Assembly (NCBI GenBank): GCA_002633005.1
Contig: NMRA01000249.1
Location: forward strand, 437,680-501,679
Reading direction: 5' to 3'
Length of the DNA: 64,000 bases
Origin: Phoronis australis
Lineage: Eukaryota; Animalia; Phoronida
Shown here: positions 13,849 through 26,500 of the stretch, one piece after another
How positions within the stretch are numbered: position 1 is the first letter of the stretch
Layout of the letters: every line of letters begins with the position of its first letter
Translations under genes and position numbers: made by a program
The notes under the pieces: generated by a model
The model's input: only the letters and a program-made list of their open reading frames with translations
The model's database searches: none
What the model was told of the DNA's origin: nothing

Positions 13849-14275
13849 GCCCGGTTGAATGAAATACATGTAGTCCCAAATAGGGTCTCAACTAAGGTCC
13901 CTAAATCTACAGCGTATTTGCGGGTTTGTGAAAACACTTATGGTGCTATCTTATGCTGTTTTAGTATCATTAGAAAGCCTATTTTTGGCTTTGATTCAAA
14001 TCAAGAGTGAAATATAGATTGAATATCGTGGAAAATACGGATTTTTTCATGCAACTCACCCAATTAAAGGACTAAGTCACTAACCGTTTTGATTAAATTA
14101 AGGGCTCAGTTTTTAGTTATATTATTAGAAAATGTCATTAGTCAAAGAAGAGCTCATAATAAAGATTAAATTATAGAAAAAATATTACACCTGTGCCTAA
14201 AGAACGAAGCAAATACGAAAAAGATTTAGGGACCTTAGTTGAGTCCCTATTTGGGGCTGTTTCATGCAACCGGAC
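13849..14275. mobile_element. MITE with ~55-bp terminal inverted repeats
   Basis: Left end ccggttgaatgaaa...cccaaatagggtctcaactaaggtccctaaatct is the reverse complement of right end agatttagggaccttagttgagtccctatttggggctgtttcatgcaaccgg. Confidence 0.8.
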
Positions 14276-14929
14276 GCAAGTTATTCAAAAATTTACTTTT
14301 ACGCTATATGCATTGTTTTTTTTTCAACTATTGGCGATCTCATTCACTAAGCAATAGTTTGTTAATCATTCATGTATTTTTCCGTCATATACAGTATATC
14401 TACATGTATGTGATTTGCCAGGGTGAAAAGAGTAAAAAATGATGTAGCGGGAATTATTATATGTTAATGAGCACGCTAAGAAACGGAAATAGGCAGTGCA
14501 GAAAAGTAGATAAGAGGTGGCTCCTCGGTCAACGGAACAAAACTTTCGTGAAACTACATAGGGATGTTGATTTTACTTGAACTTGCCCGCGCATTTTAGC
14601 CATTGAAGTCTGGCTTCTCTAATTATCACCTCCCATATAAAAAGCCATTCAACTGCTTATAGTCTATTCACCACACTTCAAATGAATCAAAGCCATTGCA
14701 GTTTCAGCAGTTTGTTTTAGTACTTTTTACATAACAGGGTTCAGTGGATCTTTGACAACACACCACTATTATTGAAAAATAATTGTTATATCACCTATAG
14801 CAAAACAATAACTCAATGATTCACACTGATATAATTGTTACCAATTATTTCTACGTTGAGATCCGCTCATAGTTATTTGGATGAACTTGTTGCTGTAGTA
14901 ATTATGATAAGGGAGCTAAGTATATTACG

Positions 14930-17900
14930 ACTTCAGTCATTTTACTAAAACAGATTACGGGATTTGAAACCTCATCTCAAAACAAATTGTACCTTGACGT
15001 GAAGTTGAGCTCGTGGGCAACCCGCTTCACTCCATACAATACGCAAATAGAATTGCAAAAAGCGGCTTCGAGCAATTGTCCCAGTAGTAGCCAAATGTTA
15101 TCCTGTTTGCCCATCCTCCCTTTTTCTAGAAACATAGCCCTACATTGTAAGTTGACTCATGCCTCTTGTTACAGATGCGACATCTACGGGACATTCGCAA
15201 AGTGCTCCACCTCTTACGCCAACGCTTCCGCCAAATCAAATGCCCGGTGGTAGCAGTGGTAAGTCACACTAGAATAGTTAATGCCATATTTCACGAGAAA
15301 AGCAAAGCAAATAAGGTTCATGTCTATCTAAAACATTGTGTACCATGAGCGGCATAGAAATTTGTTGATTTACCAGTGTAGTGACAACACGATGAGCACT
15401 TATCAAGTTTTTTCATCAACATCCTCGTCACTGTCAGCAAAAATTTTGAGCCACAATCTAACCAGTGACACAGCTTGAAACACGGCAACCCCGATTTGAA
15501 ACAGAATCGCATTTTGTACATTTTTTATAACAGTATTTTGCAGGTAATATTTTCACGGCATATTTTCTGGGATTAACAGCAGATTCATCAAATGAAATTT
15601 CAGACTACATTGTACTGTGCTCCAACAAGAACTCATTATTTTTGGAAGGCTAGTTTGGGATTAGCACACTGATAATTTGCACTTTTGGTTTGTAGCAGCA
15701 ATCAGGCATTAACAGGAGGTAAAGATGACCCATCACTGATTTCAAACTGTACATGTATATGTCGTAGCATGCTTCATAAACTGTAGGTGATGAGTTACGT
15801 AAAGCTTACGTACAAAGGATTCAGTGCCCTTCGTTATAAGAATTGGTCAGAAAACTAAAATATTGAGCTTAACTTTTGAAAACATTCAGATACTGTTGGA
15901 TTGTGCAACAGCAACTGTAGAGCGTTCGCCTTGCCTTTTCTCTTCGAAGGTCATTAATTTCATCACTACCTGTGAAAATGTGTAGACCAGGCAATGGCTG
16001 AGCCTGGACTATGAGATCAAGAGACTATATGTAAATTTAAATCAATTAACTCAGGAGCTCTGAGATGTGTATGTAAATATCTCGAGTGATACCGAAATGC
16101 TTGTTGCATGGGCCAAACCTTAAACCATTACATCTGTGCCAGGGCTTTTGAAGATAACTTTGAAGAGTGCCTGACTGCAGCTTGATGATCGTGCAATAAC
16201 AAACGCGTTCTCCGCCTCTTCATGACGGCTTGTGAGTTCCGGAATATTGTGGTCAACGACCTTTCCGATATTGTATAAAATGATGACGTGACACAACCTT
16301 CTGCGGGCGCCATATGTACTGCAATTTTGCCCTTTAATTGCCTTAGCATCGCCACTTGCCCTTTGTTTAAACAGAAAGTCAACAAGCACCTCCATGCCAT
16401 TGTCACAAACCTCTTGAACTGCTGATTTTCTGAAAAGGCAGGGTAATTTGTCAGCTTTCATCAAAGTAAACCTTAAGAAAATGAGCAACACCATCGCCAT
16501 TGATTGTGCTGTTCAGTTGTAATTAAACAACATACATGTATGTGGTAAACTTTTGAGCATCTGTCGCATCAGGGTTTGAAACACTGAAAAGTTTCCAATC
16601 CCCATGTTGCCCATCCTCCCTATTTCTAGAAACATAGCCCTACATTGTACATGTAAGTTGACTCATGCCTTTTGTTACAGATGCGACATCGACGGGACAT
16701 TCGCAAAGTACTCCACCTCTTACGCCAACGCTTCCGCCAACTCAAAAGCCCGGTGGGAGCAGTGGTAAGTCACTCTAGAATATTTAATGCCATATTTCAC
16801 AAGAAAAGCAAAACAAATAAGGTATATGCGGATCTAAAACATTGTGTACCCTGAGCGGTATAGAACTTTGTTGATTTACCCAGTGTAGTGACAACACGAT
16901 GAACACTTATGAAGTTTTTTCTTCAACATCCTCGTCATTGTCAGCAAACATTTTGAGCCACAATCCAATCAGTGACACAGCTTGAAACACGGCAAATCCG
17001 ATTTGAAACAGATTGAATCGCATTTTGTACCACAGCAAATTTTTTAAAACAGTACTTTGCAGGTAATGTTTTAATGACATATTTTCTGGGATTAACAGCA
17101 GATTCATCCAATGAAAGCTCAGACTACAGTGTACTGTGCTCCAACAAGAACTCATTATTTTTGGAAGGCTAGTTTGTGAGTAGCACACTGATAATTTGCA
17201 CTTTTGGTTTGTAGCAGCAAGCAGTCATTAACAGGAGGTAAAGGTGACCCATCATTGATTTCAACCAGAATATGTCGTAGCATGCTTCGTAAACTGTAGG
17301 TGATGAGTTACGTAAAGCTTACGTACAAAGGGTTCAGTGCCCTTCATTATAAGAGTTGGTCAGAAAACTAAAATATTGAGCTCAACTTTTGAAAACAACC
17401 AGATACTGTTGGATTGTGCAACAGCAACTGTAGAGCGTTCGCCTTGCCTTTTCTCTTTGAAGGCCATAAATTTCATCACTACTTGTGAAAATGTGTAGAC
17501 CAGGCAATGGTTGAGCCTGGACTATGAGAGAAAGAGACTACATGTAAATTTAAATCAATTACTGTGGAGCTCTGAGACGTGTATGTTAATATCTCGAGTG
17601 ATACCGAAATGCTTGTTGCATGGGCCAAATCTTAAACCATTACATCTGTGCCAGGGCTTTTGAAGATAATTTTGAAGAGTTCCTGACTGCAGCATGATGA
17701 TCGTGCAATAACAAACGCGTTCTCCGCATCTTCATGATGGCTTGTGAGTTCCGGAATATTGTGGTCTACGACCTCTCTGTTGTCGTATACATTGATGACA
17801 TGACACAAACTTCTGTGGGTGCCATTTATGCTGCAATTTTGCCCTTAATTGCCTTAACATTGCCACTTGCCCTTTGTTAAACAGAAAGTCAACAAGCACC

Positions 17901-18760
17901 TCTTTGCCATTGTCACAAAACCTCTTGAACTGGGCTGATTTTTTGGAAAGGCAGGGTAATTAATTCGTCAGCTTTCTGAGCTCTAAGATGTGTATGTTAA
18001 TATCTCGAGTGATACCGAAATGCTGGTTGCATGGGCCAAACTTCAAACCATTACATCTGTGCCTCGGCTTTTGAAGATTATTTTGAAGACTGTCTGACTG
18101 CATCATGATGAGCTTGCAATACTAAACGCGTCTCCGCCTCTTCATGATCGCTTGTGAGTGCTGTAACATTCTAGTCAACGACCATTCCGCTGTCGCATAC
18201 AGTCTACACTGATGACATGACGCAAACTTCTGCGGACGCCATATATAATTTTGCCTTTAATTGCCTTAGCATCGCCACTTGCCCTTTGTTTAAACAGAAA
18301 GTCGACAAGGACCTCCTTGTCATTATCACAAAACCTCTTGAACTGCTGAATTTCTGAACAGGCAGAGTAATTCGTCAGCTTTCATCAAAGTAAACCTTAA
18401 GAAATTGAGTATCACTGCCGCCATTGATTGTACTGTTCAGCTGTAATTAAACAACACATGGTAAACTTTTGAGCATCTGTTTCAGCAGGCTTTGGAAAAC
18501 TGAAAAAATTCCAATCCCCATGGGATAAGTAGATTTTGTGTGAAATTGAGAAGCGTTTACAATGGCACGGAAGTTTATTTGAATGCGTCTTGTTTTAGGG
18601 GGTCCGTAATTGGAATAATATTTTTTGCAGTCTAGGCTAGAAATTCTCCACTTCGGGAATGTCTCCAAAATTTTTAACACCGAAATCTGAACAAACACTG
18701 AATTTTCTTGTTAAAAAATTGAGCACCGGCAATTTTTGCCCTTGTACGAGAATATTTCTT
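14930..18760 (-). mobile_element. Decayed Academ-like transposase fragment (XPG/FEN1-like nuclease region), tandemly duplicated and partly triplicated
   Basis: The minus strand gives SRHEEAEN/TRLLLH, IFKSPGTDVMV and a GCDT-like segment, the EAD/DTD/GCD nuclease motifs also seen in 34963-38361. ~1.5-kb direct repeat (15107-16605 vs 16607-17975) plus a third partial copy at 17977-18523. Confidence 0.7.
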
Positions 18761-19573
18761 AACTTTAAAACACTTCGATTTTTTCATGACAGAGTATTAA
18801 AATAGGTTGGAATGTTCATAAAAAGCACTGCTGATCACTTACACGTAGGTAGAAGATCCCGTCAACACCTACATGTATGATGTTGCAAACTTTATCTCAA
18901 CGAAATTGATTAATTTTTTCTATATCGCAAACTAGAAATGTATAGCTATACATATTTTCTAATTCAGGTTCTTCTCAGCCAATGTTTCAAAGATGGGAAG
19001 GATTTTATAAAAATATAGTCACACGTTTGCATGCGTGAGCTTCCAGGTTAAGAAAATTATGATCGACAAAGCATTCATTATTTGAGGTAGAAACACACCA
19101 ACACCATTGTTTAAACAGAAAATCATAACTTCAAGCCTGGTGTTTAGGTCTTGGTAGAAATAATTTTTCACCTCGTCTGCATGGTTTCATATTCGAACAT
19201 AAGATAATGCTTTTGTTTTTTTTCTGATATTCAACCTGTTGCAATTATTCTTTTGCTTTTACCAACCAGTCATAATCAAAATTGCAATTACAGTCAGTTA
19301 AAAACTCAATCTTTAGGATAAAAAATATTCTTTTGTTCACGCTAAAATGCAAAGCTCATGACCTGTGTGACGCTTATTCAAACAAATGCAAGTTTTCTTG
19401 GCTTGATTTTGGGCACACGTTTACGTATGACATTCTACCAAAAGCTTCGTTAGCTTACGATCTCAATTTAAACGATTTATCAAACAAATTTTGAACAGAT
19501 TTGCAACGTGCAGCAATTTTGTCGATTCCACAATACATGTAGGGCTTTGCACAATATCTTTGTATCGTTACAG

Positions 19574-19668
19574 GTCAGACTAGCGAGGCTGCAGGGATTG
19601 TGCCATCAACATACTCAACTATCCTGTGTGCGTCACTCCTGTCTGTTGTCCTTGTTACACCCCAGTAG
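19574..19668 (+). CDS. Gene 1 probable terminal exon: GQTSEAAGIVPSTYSTILCASLLSVVLVTPQ* (GPI-anchor-signal-like)
   Basis: Acceptor tcgttacag|19574; phase 1 matches the exon D donor. Small-residue site, spacer and hydrophobic tail, ending in tandem TAG TAG. Confidence 0.6.
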
Positions 19669-21214
19669 TAGTCACTGGCATTTCTTGGAGACGTGTATTA
19701 TTCCGAAGCAATTTTTCTTTCGTTGGACAGACACGCTAATTTTGTTCAATGATTGTTCAGGTCCTATTTGTCTTATGTACATGTAATATTTATGGGTTCA
19801 TATAAAAGATGACTGTATCGTCAAAATTGTACGTTACGTACTGAAATTTTAAAGGTAAATGTTTTTGCCATAAAGGTGTTCCTAGAGCTTTGATGCTTGC
19901 AATAATCTTTATCGTGTTATAATTTTGAGAAATATTCGTAATTGAAACTGTTTAAGGTCATTGACAATAGCTTATGTTTTGATTTGTAGACCATTGTGTG
20001 TTATTAGATGGAAAGTTCGGTTTGTAACGGTCTGGAACGGGAGAGCGTGAAGAATAACGAGACATAGGTAAAGCTGCAGTAGACTACACGCCACATTTAA
20101 CGGAGTATCATTTACTAAGTTTAGTTTTAAAGATTATAAAACAATTTCAAAAAACGACAACAGGGTATTAATCCAAAATGTCAGGAATGAGACTGGGTGA
20201 CTTACACGTAGGTGTACATGTAGCTCTAGAGTCGACAAAACTGCCGAAAAAATTAGCGACATATTCGAATGGTGATAAAAACGACCCCAAAATGTCCAAT
20301 TTTCGGACTTATGAAACCTCACCCTGTGCTTCAGTGTCCAATAACCACACCAGCTGGCACCTATTCTATCTATATATCTAGGAGAGTGAAACATCACATA
20401 AATCTCTGGACAACTTCAGAAACACAGAGAACATTGTCGTGGCAAGAAATAAGAGATTGGGATCCATTCGCGTTAGTATGTTTTTCCATACGAAAAAATG
20501 TATCTACTACTCTCTTCCGCAAAGTCTGAATTTGCGTCTAAAGAGTGTACCACAATACTTCATGCAGTAACACTCATATTGCGTACACTGACCTTCACTT
20601 TTCTTGAGGGAAGCTTTCTCGTTTGTACTTTTTGTGTAATTCTTGTTTTCTTTTTTTTCTGAGTGTTTTTACATGCATTGCTCATGGACGGCGCACCATA
20701 GGGGTCTGGGGGATATAGCCTCTCACTTTTTGAATGCTACGCCGCACATGGTCTATAGGCGGTGAACCACGGGGGATGAGGAGGTTTTAGCCCACCCCCC
20801 TCCCCCCCACTTTCAGTGCTGCGCCACCCGTGTTGCTGCTGGAGGGTGTGTTTTATGCTATTTACTTTTACTTTTTTATGAGATGTAAATATAGTGCTGT
20901 TCTGGTCTCAATGAACAGATGATTGAAAATGAGGCATTTATTCATTCTAAATATACATGTCAACACATAAGTTAAACTTACATTTTGCTTCAGTTAGAGA
21001 GAGGGAAATAGAGAGAGAGCAGTTTAATCGCCCTGAAAGTTTTACAGTTCACGACGTATAGACCGGGATCCGAGAGCTTTTTTGGGCATGAAAAGGTAAC
21101 CAATTTTCCTTGGTGCCACAATGGTCTATGGGTATCCTGATGCTTGGAAAGGGTCGTCTGGCAGGCTCGCTCTGGCGGGTGTGGTCAGGGGAGCCAAGAG
21201 AATGACACTAAAAA

Positions 21215-22150
21215 AATGAGCTAGATCAACTTTTCTGGTAACCACTTCAAACTGCCTCTGATACCTCCTACGTAATCCACTGTATCAAAATTGGTCAATG
21301 CCAGACAATTTCCGTGGTGGGGAGTATCAGCCAGACGGTTACAAACAAGGTCAAAAAATTCAGCTAGATCAATCCAAGAGGTAACCGCGTGAAACCAGTT
21401 GCAAAATATTCACTGTGAGCCCAGGTATCACGAATGAACACTGCCAGACAAATCTAGTTGTGGATTAGCCCCGCCAGACACCCCCAAATACCCGAGTTGG
21501 GCTAGATCAATCCATCAGGTAACCGTTTGAAACCAATTGCACGATGTTCAGTATCACTGTACATGGCACAAGTGTTAGATGCCAGACAATTTCAGTGTTG
21601 GGGTGCCCCTGCCAGACAATTATCTAAAAGGGCTAAAATTCAGCTAGATCAATCCAAGAGGTAACCGCTTAAAACCAGTTCCAAAATATTCACCGTAAGC
21701 CCAGGTATCACGAATAAACACTGACAGACAAATCTAATGGTGGGTTAGCCCCGCCATACACGCCCAAAGACCTTAGTTGACCTAGATCAACCTACGAGGT
21801 AACCGTTTGAAACCAACTGCACGATGCTCAGCATCACTGCATGTCGCACAACAGTAAGATGCCAGACGATTTCAGCGGTGGGGTGTCCCTGGCAGACGAC
21901 TAAAGAAGCGCTAAAATTTAAGGTAAATCAACCCAAGAGCTAACCGCATGGAACCAGTTGCAAAATATTCTACGTAAGCCCATGTATCATAAATAAACAC
22001 TGCGAAACAAGTCTAGTTGTGGATTAGCAATGCCACACACGTGCAAATATCTGAGTTCGACCAGATTTACTCGCCAGGTAACCCTTTGAAACCATTTGCA
22101 TAATGTTGAGCAACATTCTGCATGCAACAAAAGGTACTTTACAGACATTT
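21215..22150 (+). repeat. Tandem array of ~140-bp units (alternating A/B, ~280-bp higher-order) in the left TIR
   Basis: The motif gctagatcaa...ggtaacc...gccagaca recurs at ~21220, 21363, 21501, 21643, 21782, 21921 and 22061. An inverted array of ~5 units lies at 25375-25980. Confidence 0.85.
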
Positions 22151-22542
22151 TTAGCGGTGGGACAGTAGAATACAGGGTTTGGTCGATGCAGAGGCGACTT
22201 TTTATTAGACGCCCTTATCTCTCTACTCAAATGCATCCTATTCAGGCCCGTAGCCAACATTGAGCGGGGGGTGGTTCGAATTTCAAGAACGGTGGACCTT
22301 TGGTATTTTGCAAACGTCGACACTGTTAGGTCTTTGATTCAGCTTAATTAGAAGGAAGAGGACATTCTCGCATTATCTCCTGCCAAAGTTTAAAAATCAG
22401 CCATGCTTAAATGAGTGATTACACCTCATTGCATGCTCACACCGAAATATGAAGTTTAGTCTGCGAATGATTTCACAAAATTGTTTATCTGGTTGTATTT
22501 TAGCGTGTTACTTAAGTTGCTTACATCGCTGGAAATGGGAAC

Positions 22543-23519
22543 ATCCCACTATTTCGAAGGTTTACTACTCGTAAGGTTCACTATTACGAAGATTTACTAG
22601 TTCGACGATTCACCATTCCATAAATTCACCGCTCCCAAAATATCTAATCTTTCAAACTCAGATGGGATTTTTAAACTTTTACAGGCAAAAATAAACAATA
22701 TTTCGGTTATTAGATGCACCTATACCGAAAACAACACTGGGCACTAAAACACTTGGTTACCATATGCATGCGAAATTGCCCGCATGTCTTAAAATGAGTA
22801 CGCACTTGCATTATAAAATGATATGAAGTAGGAATACTGATGAATTATCAACCATGACAAAATTCATCAAATCCATGCCAAGCTCGAATCGCAGCGCGAC
22901 GCACACGGCCAGGTCGAAACTAAATGAAGTTAGTAGGCCACCCTGTCCCTGCCACATCTCACGAAATCAGGGAGTCCCATTTAGTCTTCTTAAATTTGAA
23001 ACGCCGTTGGTCGCCGTAGCCGTGCCCCAGATGTTGTCTCTGCTTGAGAATGAGTCGTGATCACACAATCACGGCAGTGAATTGTCGGAGTTCTGGGCCC
23101 AGTCTCGAATCTTTTTATTCTTATGCTCGAGTATATAATGACTTACGTGGATGATTTATTAGTCCTAGTTTGCAGTTGACAAATCCATTATTAAAGCTAA
23201 AAGTTAGAGTTTGAACTTGAAATGTCGAGTTTTTATCGAGTTTGTAGCATGAATATCAGAGTTTTTAAGTGCAAACTTGGACTAGAAACTCATATGCATT
23301 GCCTATATTTATTCGAGAACAGTCTGATAACCACTTTTCTAGAGTTAGCACAAAAGACGCAGAGAAATTCGTTTCGAGCACACTGATTAGAGACCGGGCC
23401 ATGGTTTTGGAATAGTGGAATTCAATGTAGTGAATTTTAGAAGATAAGGAACCTTCGGATTATTGGGCATTCGGAGTACTGGACATTCGGAGTATTAAAC
23501 CTTCGTCATAGTGACATGG
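22543..23519. mobile_element. Nested MITE with TIRs made of ~15-bp subrepeats
   Basis: Left end catcccactatttcgaaggtttactactc... matches the reverse complement of right end ...gagtattaaaccttcgtcatagtgacatg. Both arms carry cgaaggttcactatt-like units. Confidence 0.6.
23094..23402. mobile_element. Small MITE nested in the previous MITE
   Basis: Inverted termini gggcccagtctcgaatc ... gattagagaccgggcc. Confidence 0.55.
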
Positions 23520-26500
23520 AAACTTGGAAATCTTTTCCATCAAGTTTGTAGCTCGTATGAAGTCTGCAGGGTTGTGCACCATTGACATCGATTGACTAGA
23601 GAAGATTTTCATTGACCAAAGTTGAGGTCCACGCCTACTTTTCCATCATAATGGGAAAAAGCTCAACGGTGTATTCTCAGTGCAAAAAAAACGCGGTAGT
23701 TGAATGTCTGGTTTTTTAGCACGCCGGAGGACTGCCTATAATGAACTTACCGAATTTAAAAGAACAGAAACGTTCAAACGTGTACAGGCATGCATGTCAA
23801 TCCACCAATCCACAATCAAAGTGGACACTGGATGAACAATGTATTTGGATTTTTGACGATCACTTTCAATTCAAAATTTGAAAATGTCTACACCTCTACC
23901 GTACTATGCTTACAGTTAAAACCAAAATAGCACAATAACAAATCTCGGTTTTCTGATGTTTTGTTTCTTGGCCGAGTTTAAGGCATTCACACTGCACTAT
24001 TTTTGGGAGCTTTCTCACTGCTACACATGTATATGCAAAACATGTAGGGATACTAGACTTTTGTGCTTAGGTACGACCATTCACATCTGGACTCACTTGT
24101 GGTGTAGCCACGACGCCCGTGGTTTATGAATAACATAGTGCCTCCTGTTATCATATGCACGATCGTGTCATCTACAGTAACAGCGACACTCGGGCGAATT
24201 TTGCCGAGTACGACCCGATGACACATGAAGCGCTTTGAATCAGAGGCAAAATTATTACTAACTTTGAATAATTAATTCAAACGTGTGTGTTTTATACTAT
24301 AAAGACAAAAAGCGAACAGTTCCATTGCCCGCATATCTGTGTCTTGCAAATGAAAATGATAGTCAATCTAACTAAACTAAAAAACTATGAGGACTCGTTA
24401 TACCCACGAATAGTGAATAACATGTTTACAGCATGAACGGAATGTTTTATCTACGTTACAGCTTTGATAGTTTCCACGAAATCTAACACGACCGTACGTA
24501 CTCAATATCAGGTGCTGCAGAGGTGTTTTCAGCCTTTTTGGTGAACACCCATAAATAATATGGACTGTCCCAAAGAGAGGTCAACACCCGATCTACTGAA
24601 GTTCTTCCTCCTACGTAGCACTGAGAACGCCCCGTTTACCTGCACTTCACCTAATATTGGGTCTGCGAATTTCAACTTTTGGTAAAACAATGTTCCCCAT
24701 CTGACATAGTTTGGGTGGTTCAGGACAAAGATTGCATCTAGCATAGTCGGGAAAATGTTGATATAGCCACTGACGTCATTGTTCTTGACGCATCTCTGGA
24801 GTTCTGTGTGGGCTCGGTTTATGATAAAGATGGAGCTTGCCCAAAACTTATCAGTTTTGCCAAATTTGCCATTAATCACTGTGTGAAATGAAGGTAACTG
24901 GCGCGCAAACGACATCAAAAGACGGCATTTTGATTACTATTAGTTTTAGAAGTTGTATCAAATGACTCGTCCGAAAACAGAGGGACGTAGCTTAGACTGG
25001 TAAAATAGGACAACGAAAAATCGAAAGTCGTGCAAACACAATGTGCTATCCGTCTCGGACAGGTTTTTAGGTTTTGTTTTTAATAGTGAATAATGTGTAG
25101 TATTCCACTGTTTTCGCATGGACTTGTGAGGTCGCTGCATCATCAGGCGCGTTGTTTCTGGTTTTCATGCCCTGACGTAAACTTACGGAAAAAAATCTTT
25201 CACCTTGTGTGGTATATTAGCTATGTCGTACGGACTCCGTGGCATTATTAAAAATCGAAGTGTTTGGTTCCTCAATGTGATGCTTATCCATTGCGAATGG
25301 GTTTATAATCAATTTTGTTTAGAGTCTTTACTTGTCTGATTGGGGCATCTTACTGTTGTGCCACGGGCAGTGATGCTGAACATCAAACGATTGGTTTCAA
25401 ACGGTTACCTGGTGGGTTGATTTAGCTCAACTCAGGTACTTGGGCGTGTCTGGAGGGCATAACCCACAACTAGATTTGTCTGGCAGTATTTATTCTTGAT
25501 ACCTGGGCTTACCGTGAATATTTTGGAACTGTTTTAAGCGGTTATCTCTTGGGTTGATCTAGCTCAATTTTTAACCCTTTTTGATAATCGCCTGGCTGGG
25601 GCACCCAACCACTGAAATTGTCTGGCATATAACAGTTGTGCCATGTACAGTGATGCTGAACATCGTGTAATTGGTTTCAAACGGTTACCTGATGGATTGA
25701 TCTAGCTCAACTCGGGTATTTGGGCGGGGCTAACCCACCACTAGATTTGTCTGGCAGTGTTCATTCGTGATACCTGAGCTCACGGTGAATATTTTGCAAC
25801 TGGTTTCACGCGGTTACCTCTTGGATAGATCTAGCTCAATGTTTTACCTTGTTTATAACCGTCTGGCTGATACTCCCCACCACGGAAATTGTCTGGCAGT
25901 GACCAACTTTGATACAGTGGATTACGTTGAATGTATCCAAGGCAGTTTGAAGTGGTTACCAGAAAAGTTGATCTAGCTCAATTTTTGACTGTCATTCTCT
26001 TGGCTCCCCTGACCACACCCACCAGAGCGAACCTGCCAGACGGCCATTTCCAAGCATCAGGATACCCATAGATCACTGAGGCACCAAAGAAAATTGGTTA
26101 CCTTTTCATGCCCAAAAAAGCTCTGGGATCCCGGTCTAGTAGAGTTGGCAAACTCATATTGGGTTTGATCTTTTTTAAATGTTTAAAAACATTTGAACTC
26201 GACTTGGAACAGCTATTGGTTGATAGATGCCAACAGCTTTTTTGAACCACAGTATAATTTGCCTGTTGGTTTGGATGAGTATTTTATTGTTTAATAAATA
26301 TGAAGCCTGCGAATGGTTTTGATGGATACTTGATGTTTGAGTCTGTTTTAAGTGAAAGAATGGCAGTTGTTGACTTTTTGACCCACTTTATGCTCAGTCG
26401 TGGCTTTTCTTCAACTTTTTTGCTTGCATGAAGGAAGTTGAAATATAGCACAAAATTCAAATTTCCTTCAGACACATTGGATCTGGCTGGTGGACACCCA

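Larger units (their letters stand above)
21059..26138 (-). mobile_element. Academ-type DNA transposon, non-autonomous (5.08 kb), with long compound TIRs
   Basis: GTA|TAGACCGGGATCC...GGATCCCGGTCTA|GTA gives TAG/CTA termini and a 3-bp TSD. Inverted arms ~21059-22150 and ~25375-26138. The internal minus-strand relic at 24529-24918 (IFVLNHPNYVRW...NGAFSVLRRRKNFSRSGVDLSLGQS) resembles the transposase region of 34963-38361. Confidence 0.8.

Noticed and set aside
21215-22150. CRISPR array interpretation of the regularly spaced repeats
   Set aside because: Whole ~140-bp units are homologous with no unique spacers. The array is mirrored as a transposon TIR, there are no cas genes, and the context is eukaryotic.
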